Virus record (IMG/VR): IMGVR_UViG_3300030376_005400 | Coordinates: 1 to 40,871 of that record | From: a virus | Taxonomy: Duplodnaviria > Caudoviricetes | Strand: one strand, 5' to 3' | Length of the DNA stretch: 40,871 nucleotides | Shown here: one piece after another, positions 9,203 through 16,250 of the stretch | Position numbering within the stretch: position 1 is the stretch's first letter | How the letters are laid out: each line of letters starts with the position of its first letter | Notes under the pieces: model-generated | What the model was told of the DNA's origin: nothing | The model's database searches: none | Seen by the model: the letters and a program-made list of their open reading frames with translations, nothing else | Made by a program: the position numbers and the translations under genes

Positions 9203-9293
9203 CAAAACCATGCTACAACAAAGTTGTAGTCAAAAGTACCTGAAGAATGAAGGTACTTTTGCCTTCCCAACAACGAAAGGAGATTCGGCGATG
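9203..9293 (+). promoter_or_regulatory. Early leader cassette A1 (double hairpin plus SD)
   Basis: CTACAAC-aaa-GTTGTAG; CAAAAGTACCT-gaagaatga-AGGTACTTTTG; homologous to 9705-9802. Confidence 0.7.
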
Positions 9294-9587
9294 AACGAAT
9301 CACTGCTAATCACACTCAAAACAATATGCAAGGAAATCCCACCTTGTTGGAAAGAATGGAAAGCTGGCTGGAAAGCCGATGCTTGGATTGACCTACGGTC
9401 TGAGGTCCACTACAACTTCTACCACTGGTGGTTATCAAAGCGAACCACTTCTCGGTTTGCTTGGTTCTTTAATGCGCTGTCCAGAGAAGATCTCTCTGGA
9501 TACACGGAACCAAGTCTTGAAGACTGCGTTACAGCTCTGGAGAGCTGTATTGAAGGCCGAGAATGGAGAAATGAGATGGGATACTGA
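9291..9587 (+). CDS. Trp-rich early hypothetical protein (98 aa)
   Basis: Start moved to ATG 9291 after AAAGGAG. Confidence 0.7.
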   Translation: MNESLLITLKTICKEIPPCWKEWKAGWKADAWIDLRSEVHYNFYHWWLSKRTTSRFAWFFNALSREDLSGYTEPSLEDCVTALESCIEGREWRNEMGY

Positions 9588-9595
9588 TCCCTTGG

Positions 9596-9637
9596 AAGGT
9601 GTGCATGGTGATAATATCACTGTGCGCACCTTTTTTT
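9596..9637 (+). terminator. Rho-independent terminator
   Basis: AAGGTGTGCATGGTGAT-aat-ATCACTGTGCGCACC followed by T7. Confidence 0.8.
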
Positions 9638-9704
9638 GTGTCCTGTGACCTGTATGCGTAGCACCTTGTAAAGGTGGAGAAAAGGGTCGCTAACAGGACG
9701 AGAA

Positions 9705-9802
9705 CAAAACTATGCTACTACGTTAAGTAGTAGTAAATTACCCCTTCTGTAGTTGAAGGGGATAATTTCCTCACACAACAACGACTGGGAGGTCGGCAAA
9801 TG
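9705..9802 (+). promoter_or_regulatory. Early leader cassette A2 (double hairpin plus GACTGGGAGGTC RBS)
   Basis: CTACTAC-gttaa-GTAGTAG; AAATTACCCCTTC-tgtagtt-GAAGGGG-a-TAATTT. Confidence 0.7.
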
Positions 9803-10183
9803 ACAACACAAATTACAATCAGCAAAGCTGAAGCAAAAGCAATCCTTGGATTGGCCTCAAAAATCAGCAGGGCAGAAGGCCTGAAGGAAGATGCACCTGC
9901 GGTTAAGCCGAAGGCTTCTAAGGCCAAGAGTTCTAAGGCCAAGTCAGCTAAGAAACCACGTGTTGAGGCTAAGCCTCGTGTAGTTTCTAAGTCGGCTAAA
10001 GCCCATGCTAAGGCTATTCTTAATCGTAAGATTAATGGCCACAAAAGCGCTTCAACGTTAGCGTTGAGTCGTGGTGAGAAAGAAGTAGCCATTGAGCATC
10101 TCCAGTCTGCGCTGGACTTATGTCCTTCAGAATGGAGTAGCGTGATGGATTCTATCCACCGAAGGCTAGTTAAGCTAGCTTAA
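9800..10183 (+). CDS. Lys/Ala-rich (histone H1-like) early protein
   Basis: PAVKPKASKAKSSKAKSAKKPRVEAKPRV; strong RBS. Confidence 0.75.
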   Translation: MTTQITISKAEAKAILGLASKISRAEGLKEDAPAVKPKASKAKSSKAKSAKKPRVEAKPRVVSKSAKAHAKAILNRKINGHKSASTLALSRGEKEVAIEHLQSALDLCPSEWSSVMDSIHRRLVKLA

Positions 10184-10187
10184 AGTT

Positions 10188-10235
10188 GGGGCTGATACGC
10201 TTGCATCATCATCGTGGTGTAGGCGTATCGGCTCT
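10188..10235 (+). promoter_or_regulatory. Long G-U-containing RNA hairpin (possible RNase III site or terminator)
   Basis: GGGGCTGATACGCTTGCATCA...TGGTGTAGGCGTATCGGCTCT, about 20 bp. Confidence 0.6.
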
Positions 10236-10251
10236 TCGGATTAATTTAGGT

Positions 10252-10310
10252 TATAGTTTATTAACTTGAATTAATGAAAGTTAATAAACATATAGATGAC
10301 TGGGAGGTCA
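10252..10310 (+). promoter_or_regulatory. Early leader cassette B1
   Basis: TATA-GTTTATTAACTT-gaattaatga-AAGTTAATAAAC-a-TATA then GATGACTGGGAGGTCA. Confidence 0.7.
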
Positions 10311-10314
10311 GAAC

Positions 10315-10755
10315 ATGGAAACAGTAAACCCACTAACAGGAGCGCCAGATTCATTCGGTTGGTCCGAAGAACCAGCAGTTCCTGCTGAAAATAAATTGCC
10401 TAGCTTCTACACGATCACAGATGATCCTGAGATGCGTGTTCGCTGGGCAGATTGGAAGAACCCAGCAGTTTTCTCTCCAGAGAAATACACGCTTGGCGAG
10501 TATGAGCTACTCCAAGCCATTGGCATGGACCCAAGGAGAACCTTGGACTATGACGATGCGTTTGAGATGGGCAGTATTGCCCTAAACATGGTCTTCTGTG
10601 AAGGTCAGGGAGTATGGGTAGAAGACGGCTTTCAGGTAACTGAAGAATATTGGGTTAATGAGTTCCGATACCTGTACGAAACTAGCGTGGATTCCGATTG
10701 GGAACATGACGGTTTTGAGTACGTTATATCCGAGGAAGATTTCCTCGGAGCTTAA
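10315..10755 (+). CDS. Highly acidic early protein (DNA-mimic candidate)
   Basis: 146 aa; about 32 D/E vs about 8 K/R by hand count; aromatic-rich. Confidence 0.7.
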   Translation: METVNPLTGAPDSFGWSEEPAVPAENKLPSFYTITDDPEMRVRWADWKNPAVFSPEKYTLGEYELLQAIGMDPRRTLDYDDAFEMGSIALNMVFCEGQGVWVEDGFQVTEEYWVNEFRYLYETSVDSDWEHDGFEYVISEEDFLGA

Positions 10756-10777
10756 TTAGACTGGGAGGTCTACACAC

Positions 10778-11137
10778 ATGTTTACTTTCACTGTAACCCT
10801 TGGGTTAGAAGATGATTTTGGTGGCGAATACAATGGCGATTGGATTGGACGGTACGTCCAGTCTAGTGAACACGCTAGGCGCTTTTTCAGCGTATTTACC
10901 ATTGCTAATGGTATGGGTATTGATACCGAAACCGACAAGCAAGAACCTGTCCTTGTGATACAAGGATCTTGTGAGTCTAGAGAGCTGTTAGACGACACAC
11001 ACACATACTTTCGGAGCGTTGCTGAAAGCATGCGCCAAAGAGGGTTTGGTTGGTTTGAGTCGGAGATCAATAGCTACGCTTACACGGACTACGGCCAAGA
11101 GGTTATGGAACATAACTGGGAAGCCGAGTTGATATAA
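10778..11137 (+). CDS. Putative SAM lyase (T3 SAMase-like)
   Basis: FFSVFTIANGMG...EPVLVI...VAESMRQ matches the FT-x-G..E..A..Q pattern; 119 aa; early position. Confidence 0.5.
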   Translation: MFTFTVTLGLEDDFGGEYNGDWIGRYVQSSEHARRFFSVFTIANGMGIDTETDKQEPVLVIQGSCESRELLDDTHTYFRSVAESMRQRGFGWFESEINSYAYTDYGQEVMEHNWEAELI

Positions 11138-11147
11138 ACATCTTAGT

Positions 11148-11178
11148 GGTTTACCCCTCTTTAGTGAGGGGATAAACC
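11148..11178 (+). promoter_or_regulatory. Bulged hairpin (CCCCT/AGGGG family)
   Basis: GGTTTA-CCCCTC-tttagt-GAGGGG-a-TAAACC. Confidence 0.65.
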
Positions 11179-11203
11179 TCTTAGCCAGATTGGAGAAAAA
11201 ATA

Positions 11204-11548
11204 ATGCTTAAATTTTACGAAAAAGAAACTACCTCCGAAGGAGAAGAAACAATGGTATCAAAGACCTTTGGTCCATTAAAGCAACACCCAAGCAGGGAGA
11301 TCCTGCGTATGGCTCTCTGCCGAGACATTGATGGACACCTTTACGGTGTCGTCATGGTCCATTGGGGCAACATAGACCCAGAGGAGTATGTCGTTTGGGC
11401 TGTTAGGGCTGACAAAGGGCATGAAGAGGAGGGCTTTCACACGGCTCATGGCTCATACGTGGTTGGCATTAATGAAGCCAACGCTGAGTTTAATCGTAGG
11501 TCCAGCAATTGGTCTTACATAAAAGGAAGGTGGGCTTTAGATGCCTAG
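11204..11548 (+). CDS. Early hypothetical protein
   Basis: YVVW...HGSY...ANAEFNRR motif; alternative start at 11252 with AAGGAG. Confidence 0.7.
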   Translation: MLKFYEKETTSEGEETMVSKTFGPLKQHPSREILRMALCRDIDGHLYGVVMVHWGNIDPEEYVVWAVRADKGHEEEGFHTAHGSYVVGINEANAEFNRRSSNWSYIKGRWALDA

Positions 11549-11825
11549 TGGAACTATTAACGGTGTAACCGTTGCCGTAGGACACGGCGACTTGATCGCA
11601 TTTCTTCCATGTTCCCATTGTGGGAAGGAAGAAACGGTTAAGGCCAGATACGAGGACGTGCAGAGATATCTGCGTGGTGCTCTTGTGCAAGAGGTGTGGC
11701 CAGAAGCCACCCCTGCTTACAGGGAGCAGATGATAGGGTTGCGTAATGGTGGAAACCATTACCATTGCGACACCTGTTGGAGTGATCTCTTTGGAGATGA
11801 CGATGACGAAGATGACAATTGGTAG
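11541..11825 (+). CDS. Zinc-binding early protein
   Basis: CSHC...GALVQEVWPEATPAYREQMIG...CDTCW; acidic tail. Confidence 0.75.
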   Translation: MPSGTINGVTVAVGHGDLIAFLPCSHCGKEETVKARYEDVQRYLRGALVQEVWPEATPAYREQMIGLRNGGNHYHCDTCWSDLFGDDDDEDDNW

Positions 11826-11840
11826 ACCATAGGAGGTCAA

Positions 11841-12053
11841 ATGAAAAACACTGAAAGAAACCGTTTACGGTATCGTAAGCTAAATGCACAGTTGGCTAAT
11901 GCCACCAAATTCAACAAATCAGGTGAACCTGAGAGAATGGTGGAAGCGCTTAATAGCGCATATAAGCTAGCTTCCACACCTACGGTGTGGCCACACGAAC
12001 AAGAACGTGTGTTGAAGTCGGCTAAAAAGCACGGTGCTATAGTCGGAGCTTAA
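11841..12053 (+). CDS. Early hypothetical protein
   Basis: 70 aa; AGGAGGTCA RBS. Confidence 0.7.
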   Translation: MKNTERNRLRYRKLNAQLANATKFNKSGEPERMVEALNSAYKLASTPTVWPHEQERVLKSAKKHGAIVGA

Positions 12054-12056
12054 CAG

Positions 12057-12123
12057 GTGGGGCCTCGTATGAGGCCCTACTACAGGGCGTACATGTATTC
12101 CCCCATGTGCGTCCTGTAGTGGG
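12057..12123 (+). promoter_or_regulatory. Two overlapping RNA hairpins
   Basis: GTGGGGCCTC-gtat-GAGGCCCTAC overlaps CTACTACAGGGCGTACATG-loop-CATGTGCGTCCTGTAGTGG. Confidence 0.6.
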
Positions 12124-12149
12124 TAAACCACTGAGAACAGGAGGTCGTC

Positions 12150-12662
12150 ATGTATATGACACTAGACATTTGGATTCCCCTAGTTTTAGGAGGGATCTCT
12201 TGCGCAATGTACATTGCGTGTATATTGCATTTCCGTGAACTTTGTGAAGTTCACGACACATATAAAGAGATGGTTGATAGGGCCGAGCAAGCTGAAGCTT
12301 TGCTTGAACACGAGGCTAGACGTGACGAGTATAATGGCTGGTCAAACAAGGAAACGTGGTCTTTAGCCCTGACCATAGACAACGACAAAGAGCTGTACGC
12401 TCATTTCATACGGCTAATCAGGGATTTCGCCACAGATTTTGAGCTGTCCTATCCCCTTAATGGGGAAGACACACGGCGTATGGGCCATTACATAAGTTAC
12501 CATTGGGGTAACTTGATGGAGGAGTGGTATGAAGAAAAGGACCACATGTACCTATTTGCCAAGATGACGATCGGTTCCGACTGGCGTGTAGATTGGTTTG
12601 AAATAGGCGAATGGGCTTCAGAGAAGCTCGCCGATTTTGACCCTCACAGGGAGACAGCATGA
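12150..12662 (+). CDS. YNGWxNxETW-family phage protein with N-terminal membrane anchor
   Basis: Hydrophobic IWIPLVLGGISCAMYIACIL; YNGWSNKETW...IDND..LY; RVDWFEI. Confidence 0.7.
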   Translation: MYMTLDIWIPLVLGGISCAMYIACILHFRELCEVHDTYKEMVDRAEQAEALLEHEARRDEYNGWSNKETWSLALTIDNDKELYAHFIRLIRDFATDFELSYPLNGEDTRRMGHYISYHWGNLMEEWYEEKDHMYLFAKMTIGSDWRVDWFEIGEWASEKLADFDPHRETA

Positions 12663-12931
12663 TAGATGAAAACTCTTACGAGCACCTAGAGTCCGAACAC
12701 CACAGGGCTAGGACGATCTTGGATAATCATGGGTTATCTGATTGGGTTGTTTTGCCCAACGAACGAGAGCTAGTTAGGCGTATAGACCCCAAGGATTATT
12801 ACGCAAATGAAGAATGTCCGAAGGACAAAGACAATGGCGATTTTATGTGCCAAGGGTGTGGTGAGTGGTTCGGCGAAACTCTTTCGTTTACAGGATATGT
12901 GTGCCACTGGTGTACAGGAGCGCTGACATAA
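12659..12931 (+). CDS. Zn-ribbon hypothetical protein
   Basis: CQGC...CHWC. Confidence 0.7.
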   Translation: MIDENSYEHLESEHHRARTILDNHGLSDWVVLPNERELVRRIDPKDYYANEECPKDKDNGDFMCQGCGEWFGETLSFTGYVCHWCTGALT

Positions 12932-13201
12932 ATGGTTTACAGGGAGTTATGGACACCTATTGAAACCCTTAAGGTTGAAGGCAAGCGTTACCCTTTGGAA
13001 CGTGGTCGTCTTTTCAAGGTAAAGGGAGAACGAGGGGTCTACAGGGTCATGGACATGTTTGCGCATAAGGAAGACCCTAATCGGATTGAGATTCACGCTT
13101 GGTGGCGTGATAGAGAACTGTTCACAGGCGGTAAGGCTATGTGGAGGTACGTCAGGCCTAATGACGTTAAACGAATTTTAGGCAAATTAGAAAAAGTATA
13201 A
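12932..13201 (+). CDS. Small SH3-like beta-barrel hypothetical protein
   Basis: LERGRLFKVKGERGVYRV ... RYVRPNDV. Confidence 0.6.
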   Translation: MVYRELWTPIETLKVEGKRYPLERGRLFKVKGERGVYRVMDMFAHKEDPNRIEIHAWWRDRELFTGGKAMWRYVRPNDVKRILGKLEKV

Positions 13202-13254
13202 TAATTATTACTGAATGTAATGAAGTAATAATTATATATAGAACTGGGAGGTTC
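13197..13254 (+). promoter_or_regulatory. Early leader cassette B2
   Basis: TATA-ATAATTATTACT-gaatgtaatga-AGTAATAATTAT-a-TATA then GAACTGGGAGGTTC; TATAAT at the 5' foot. Confidence 0.7.
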
Positions 13255-13256
13255 AA

Positions 13257-13883
13257 ATGAGTAATGAAATTGAAGTAAAGCTTGTGTTAGATCAAGCGCA
13301 ATTGAATGGTCCTACTGCGTTGCAGTTAGTGGAGATGTTCAAGCAAATAGCTGGCAATGAGGCGTTTGGTAACGCTGTTGAACAGGTGTTTCACGATAGG
13401 TCCAGCTTTGTAGCTGATCTCAAAGGCATAATGAATGTGCAAGATACCGATGACCTTCGGTACGACATCATCAACAGCTACGACTTGGAAAATGCTATAG
13501 ACGCACAAGTTGAAAACTGGATAGGTAACAGCGATTTGTATTATCTGCCTGACACTGTTAGCGACTTGCAGAGTTCGTTTGAAGAGTATGACTTGATGCA
13601 GATGCAAGATGACCTTAACCGTGATGAGGAAGCCATTGACAACCTCAAGAACGAGTTTCAGGAGCAAGACGGCAAATGGGATAGCTTCGTAGGCGACATT
13701 CGAGATCGTTTGGACACGATTGAAGACAAGCTAAGCATAGATACGAGCGAAGAAGGTTACCGTACAATAGACGGTCTTCAGGAACGTGTACTTGAACTTG
13801 AAAAGAATGTTGCTAACCTAATGGCGATCAACGAACGTCAAATGCACATTATCCATAACATACAAGGAGTGGAGCTAACATGA
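13257..13883 (+). CDS. Acidic coiled-coil protein
   Basis: 208 aa; heptad pattern, D/E-rich. Confidence 0.75.
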   Translation: MSNEIEVKLVLDQAQLNGPTALQLVEMFKQIAGNEAFGNAVEQVFHDRSSFVADLKGIMNVQDTDDLRYDIINSYDLENAIDAQVENWIGNSDLYYLPDTVSDLQSSFEEYDLMQMQDDLNRDEEAIDNLKNEFQEQDGKWDSFVGDIRDRLDTIEDKLSIDTSEEGYRTIDGLQERVLELEKNVANLMAINERQMHIIHNIQGVELT

Positions 13884-14059
13884 GTGGAGGATCATACATA
13901 CTTACTTTCGTATTGACGGAAGAAGCACCATCAAGCAAAGCGTATGAGAACGCAGTCTCAGATTTCGTGTCACATGCAGGTGACATGATTGTTGAGATAA
14001 GCGAGGGTCCAATAGAACCCGACTTTATAGACAACGACCAGAGGAGGTCACAATTATGA
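13880..14059 (+). CDS. Hypothetical protein (59 aa)
   Basis: Not in the ORF track: MSGGSYILTFVLTEEAPSSK...; GGAG SD; ATGA overlaps at both ends. Confidence 0.7.
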   Translation: MSGGSYILTFVLTEEAPSSKAYENAVSDFVSHAGDMIVEISEGPIEPDFIDNDQRRSQL

Positions 14060-15060
14060 CATGGGCTAAAGATTTCATGTTTAGTACAGGAGATGACGAC
14101 ACGCCAACAGCGTCCGTCATGCTCAAAGCACAACAGGTAGGGGCAGATTTTGATGTCACCTATTTACCAGCAGGTTTCCTGAAACAGGCTGTGTCTTGGC
14201 AACAACCAGAGTTCACGGTTCCTGTCTACGACTCAGGCGAGTATGAAGGTAAACCTAAACAAATGTACATTGTCCGAGATGACACTAACGAGGTAGTGGG
14301 TCAACACTCATCTAAGTACCCGAAACGTGATGCGTATCATCACAACTTTCAGGTCTTGGAAAATGCGTTCCCTAATTCCTGTGAGAATGTCCAAATTTGG
14401 GATAATGGAGGCTTATGCCTCGTTACACAACGCATAGGTGATGAGATTGAATTACCTATGGGAGATGAAGTTGTCCAATACGTTTACAGCGTTATGTCCT
14501 TGAATGGAACCAAACGCACAATGACTATACCCAAAGCAAGCAGGGTTTCCTGCACAAATGCGCTGGGTTTAACGTTGGCTATCATCTCGTCAAAGGCTAC
14601 ACGTAACCATGACGCTAGGATTTCGTTCCAAGCTGAAGTGTTTGAGAAATCAGAGATTCAGTTAGATGCGTTGGTGAGAATGGCCAAAGTCTTTACTAGT
14701 AAAAACTTCACAGATCAGGAGTTCACACGCTTAGTGGACAACCTGTTAGAAGTTCCTGATAAAGATGCTAGCACTAGAGCTGTCAACACGTACCAACGTA
14801 CTCGTAACAGCATGTTCACTACGTGGCGGAAAGAGTGCCAAGAGTACAACGACCAAAACATGTGGCTTGCATACAACGCAGTCCAAGGTGCGGAACAGCA
14901 TCGTGTAAACGCCAACTTTAAAGCCGAGGACGACAAAGGCTATGAAGCTGGCCAAAAGAAGTCCATCTTCAACGCTCTTGAAGGTGGTACACCTCTAGCT
15001 GAATCTTGTGAGAAATATCTCCGAGCAGAGCTAGATGCGCCAGAAAAGGCGCTAGTATAG
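14056..15060 (+). CDS. DUF932/DUF945-like phage/plasmid protein
   Basis: IVRDDTNEVVG..SSKY, RVSCTNAL, WLAYNAV..EQH motifs. Confidence 0.8.
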   Translation: MTWAKDFMFSTGDDDTPTASVMLKAQQVGADFDVTYLPAGFLKQAVSWQQPEFTVPVYDSGEYEGKPKQMYIVRDDTNEVVGQHSSKYPKRDAYHHNFQVLENAFPNSCENVQIWDNGGLCLVTQRIGDEIELPMGDEVVQYVYSVMSLNGTKRTMTIPKASRVSCTNALGLTLAIISSKATRNHDARISFQAEVFEKSEIQLDALVRMAKVFTSKNFTDQEFTRLVDNLLEVPDKDASTRAVNTYQRTRNSMFTTWRKECQEYNDQNMWLAYNAVQGAEQHRVNANFKAEDDKGYEAGQKKSIFNALEGGTPLAESCEKYLRAELDAPEKALV

Positions 15061-15062
15061 GT

Positions 15063-15153
15063 GGAGGTCTAGGTGGGACTGCCGTCCTTGACACGCAAGT
15101 GTAGTGAATGACCTCCCTCTCTGATGGCAGTTCCACCTCTCTAACGAGAGGGA
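15063..15153 (+). ncRNA. Candidate structured regulatory RNA with anti-RBS loop
   Basis: 16-bp stem 15071-15086/15123-15138 with two G-U pairs; inner ACAC-GCAA-GTGT GNRA hairpin; unpaired TGACCTCCCTCTC. Confidence 0.6.
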
Positions 15154-15156
15154 ATT

Positions 15157-15519
15157 ATGATAATAATTAACACAGACGGTGCGTATGATGTCGTGCCGTA
15201 TAACGATGGCGTTCTCGTAAGGACCCATCACACAGAGTGTCTGCGAAAAATGATGACACGTATACATGGCAAGAAATGGGTATATGCCAATCTTGCCAAC
15301 CACATTAAACACACACCCAAGACAAGGTGGAAATGGCGACTGACCCTCCCTACCCACGATTGGAATGGGTATCTAGGCAAATGCACTCGTGCTATGGACT
15401 ATGACTTTTTCTACGACAGAATGATCACAGAGGAAGACATAACTACCACGAAATTGCATGGAATAGCAGGTGTTTACACACACATGAAGAAAGGGTGGTC
15501 CCATGTTGAACAGGTATGA
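15157..15519 (+). CDS. Hypothetical phage protein
   Basis: 120 aa; M.I.T.G...V....VLVR...MDY..F pattern. Confidence 0.7.
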   Translation: MIIINTDGAYDVVPYNDGVLVRTHHTECLRKMMTRIHGKKWVYANLANHIKHTPKTRWKWRLTLPTHDWNGYLGKCTRAMDYDFFYDRMITEEDITTTKLHGIAGVYTHMKKGWSHVEQV

Positions 15520-15715
15520 AGTGACATTCTTGTACACATACGAAGACACAGAGACAGTTGAAGTTATCGCTAACAGTGAGTGTGAAGCTCAAAGGCTAGC
15601 GGAAAGCGAACGCTCTGGGCCAGACTATGCGTGGAATCACGCATCTCTCACAATGGACGATGTATGGTCTGTTGAAGAGGTGGAATCAGACATAACCGAG
15701 GAGGTAAATGCGTAA
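15503..15715 (+). CDS. Small acidic hypothetical protein
   Basis: VEVIANSECEAQRLA (V.A.S..EA...A motif). Confidence 0.7.
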   Translation: MLNRYEVTFLYTYEDTETVEVIANSECEAQRLAESERSGPDYAWNHASLTMDDVWSVEEVESDITEEVNA

Positions 15716-15912
15716 TGGAAATACAAGTAGATGTAACGCTTACATTGAGTGAGGATTTTGTTGAAAACTCTTTTTATACTGAAGATGGGTTTACACCAAC
15801 AGTCAAAGACATAGTGCATAGGGCTATTGAAGACATTGATGGTTCTCATCGTTTCGGCGTAAGTTATGAAGCTAAAAATGTAACAATTAACAAATTGGAG
15901 GTAAGAGGCTAG
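15715..15912 (+). CDS. Hypothetical protein
   Basis: 65 aa; GAGGAGGT SD. Confidence 0.7.
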   Translation: MEIQVDVTLTLSEDFVENSFYTEDGFTPTVKDIVHRAIEDIDGSHRFGVSYEAKNVTINKLEVRG

Positions 15913-16170
15913 ATGGCTGAAATATTGGACCAGTTCCCTTTAAGGTTTGCAAATAGGCCTAGGGGCAAGCCCCCTAAATACCAAGAAGATTGGTTTGATG
16001 GGCGTGCAAGGAGGCTTAATTACCACGTAGATTTGAGTAGATACGCAAGTATCGCTTCTGCTCGTACTTCCCTGTATAAGCAAGCAGTTAGTCGCAACCT
16101 AAAAGCGCTAATAGCTGTAGAGGGAGATTTTTTGTATTTTCAGGTTGTGAACGAAAGTGTCACACCCTAA
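15913..16170 (+). CDS. Small basic, possibly DNA-binding protein
   Basis: RPRGKPPKY..WFDG...L motif; basic. Confidence 0.6.
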   Translation: MAEILDQFPLRFANRPRGKPPKYQEDWFDGRARRLNYHVDLSRYASIASARTSLYKQAVSRNLKALIAVEGDFLYFQVVNESVTP

Positions 16171-16173
16171 AGT

Positions 16174-16232
16174 TATACTAGTACTTAGTACATAATCACC
16201 CTTTAGGGGGTGATTATGGTACTAAGTAACTA
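16174..16232 (+). promoter_or_regulatory. Long inverted repeat with -10-like TATACT before the replication module
   Basis: TACTTAGTA-CATAATCACCC-tttagg-GGGTGATTATG-g-TACTAAGTA. Confidence 0.7.
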
Positions 16233-16250
16233 CTGGAGGTATTGTTAGCG

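Noticed and set aside
10745-12053. Identical TCGGAGCTTAA at the ends of two early genes
   Set aside because: Only two 11-nt copies; cannot be distinguished from chance or an SD remnant.
9783-14050. GACTGGGAGGTC repeats as a CRISPR array or integron attC sites
   Set aside because: Too short, irregularly spaced and always at RBS position; no cas operon or integrase. The Cas4-like gene is a common stand-alone phage nuclease.
15063-15153. Hammerhead ribozyme or tRNA
   Set aside because: CUGAUGG lacks the CUGANGA/GAAA core; no cloverleaf or T-loop.
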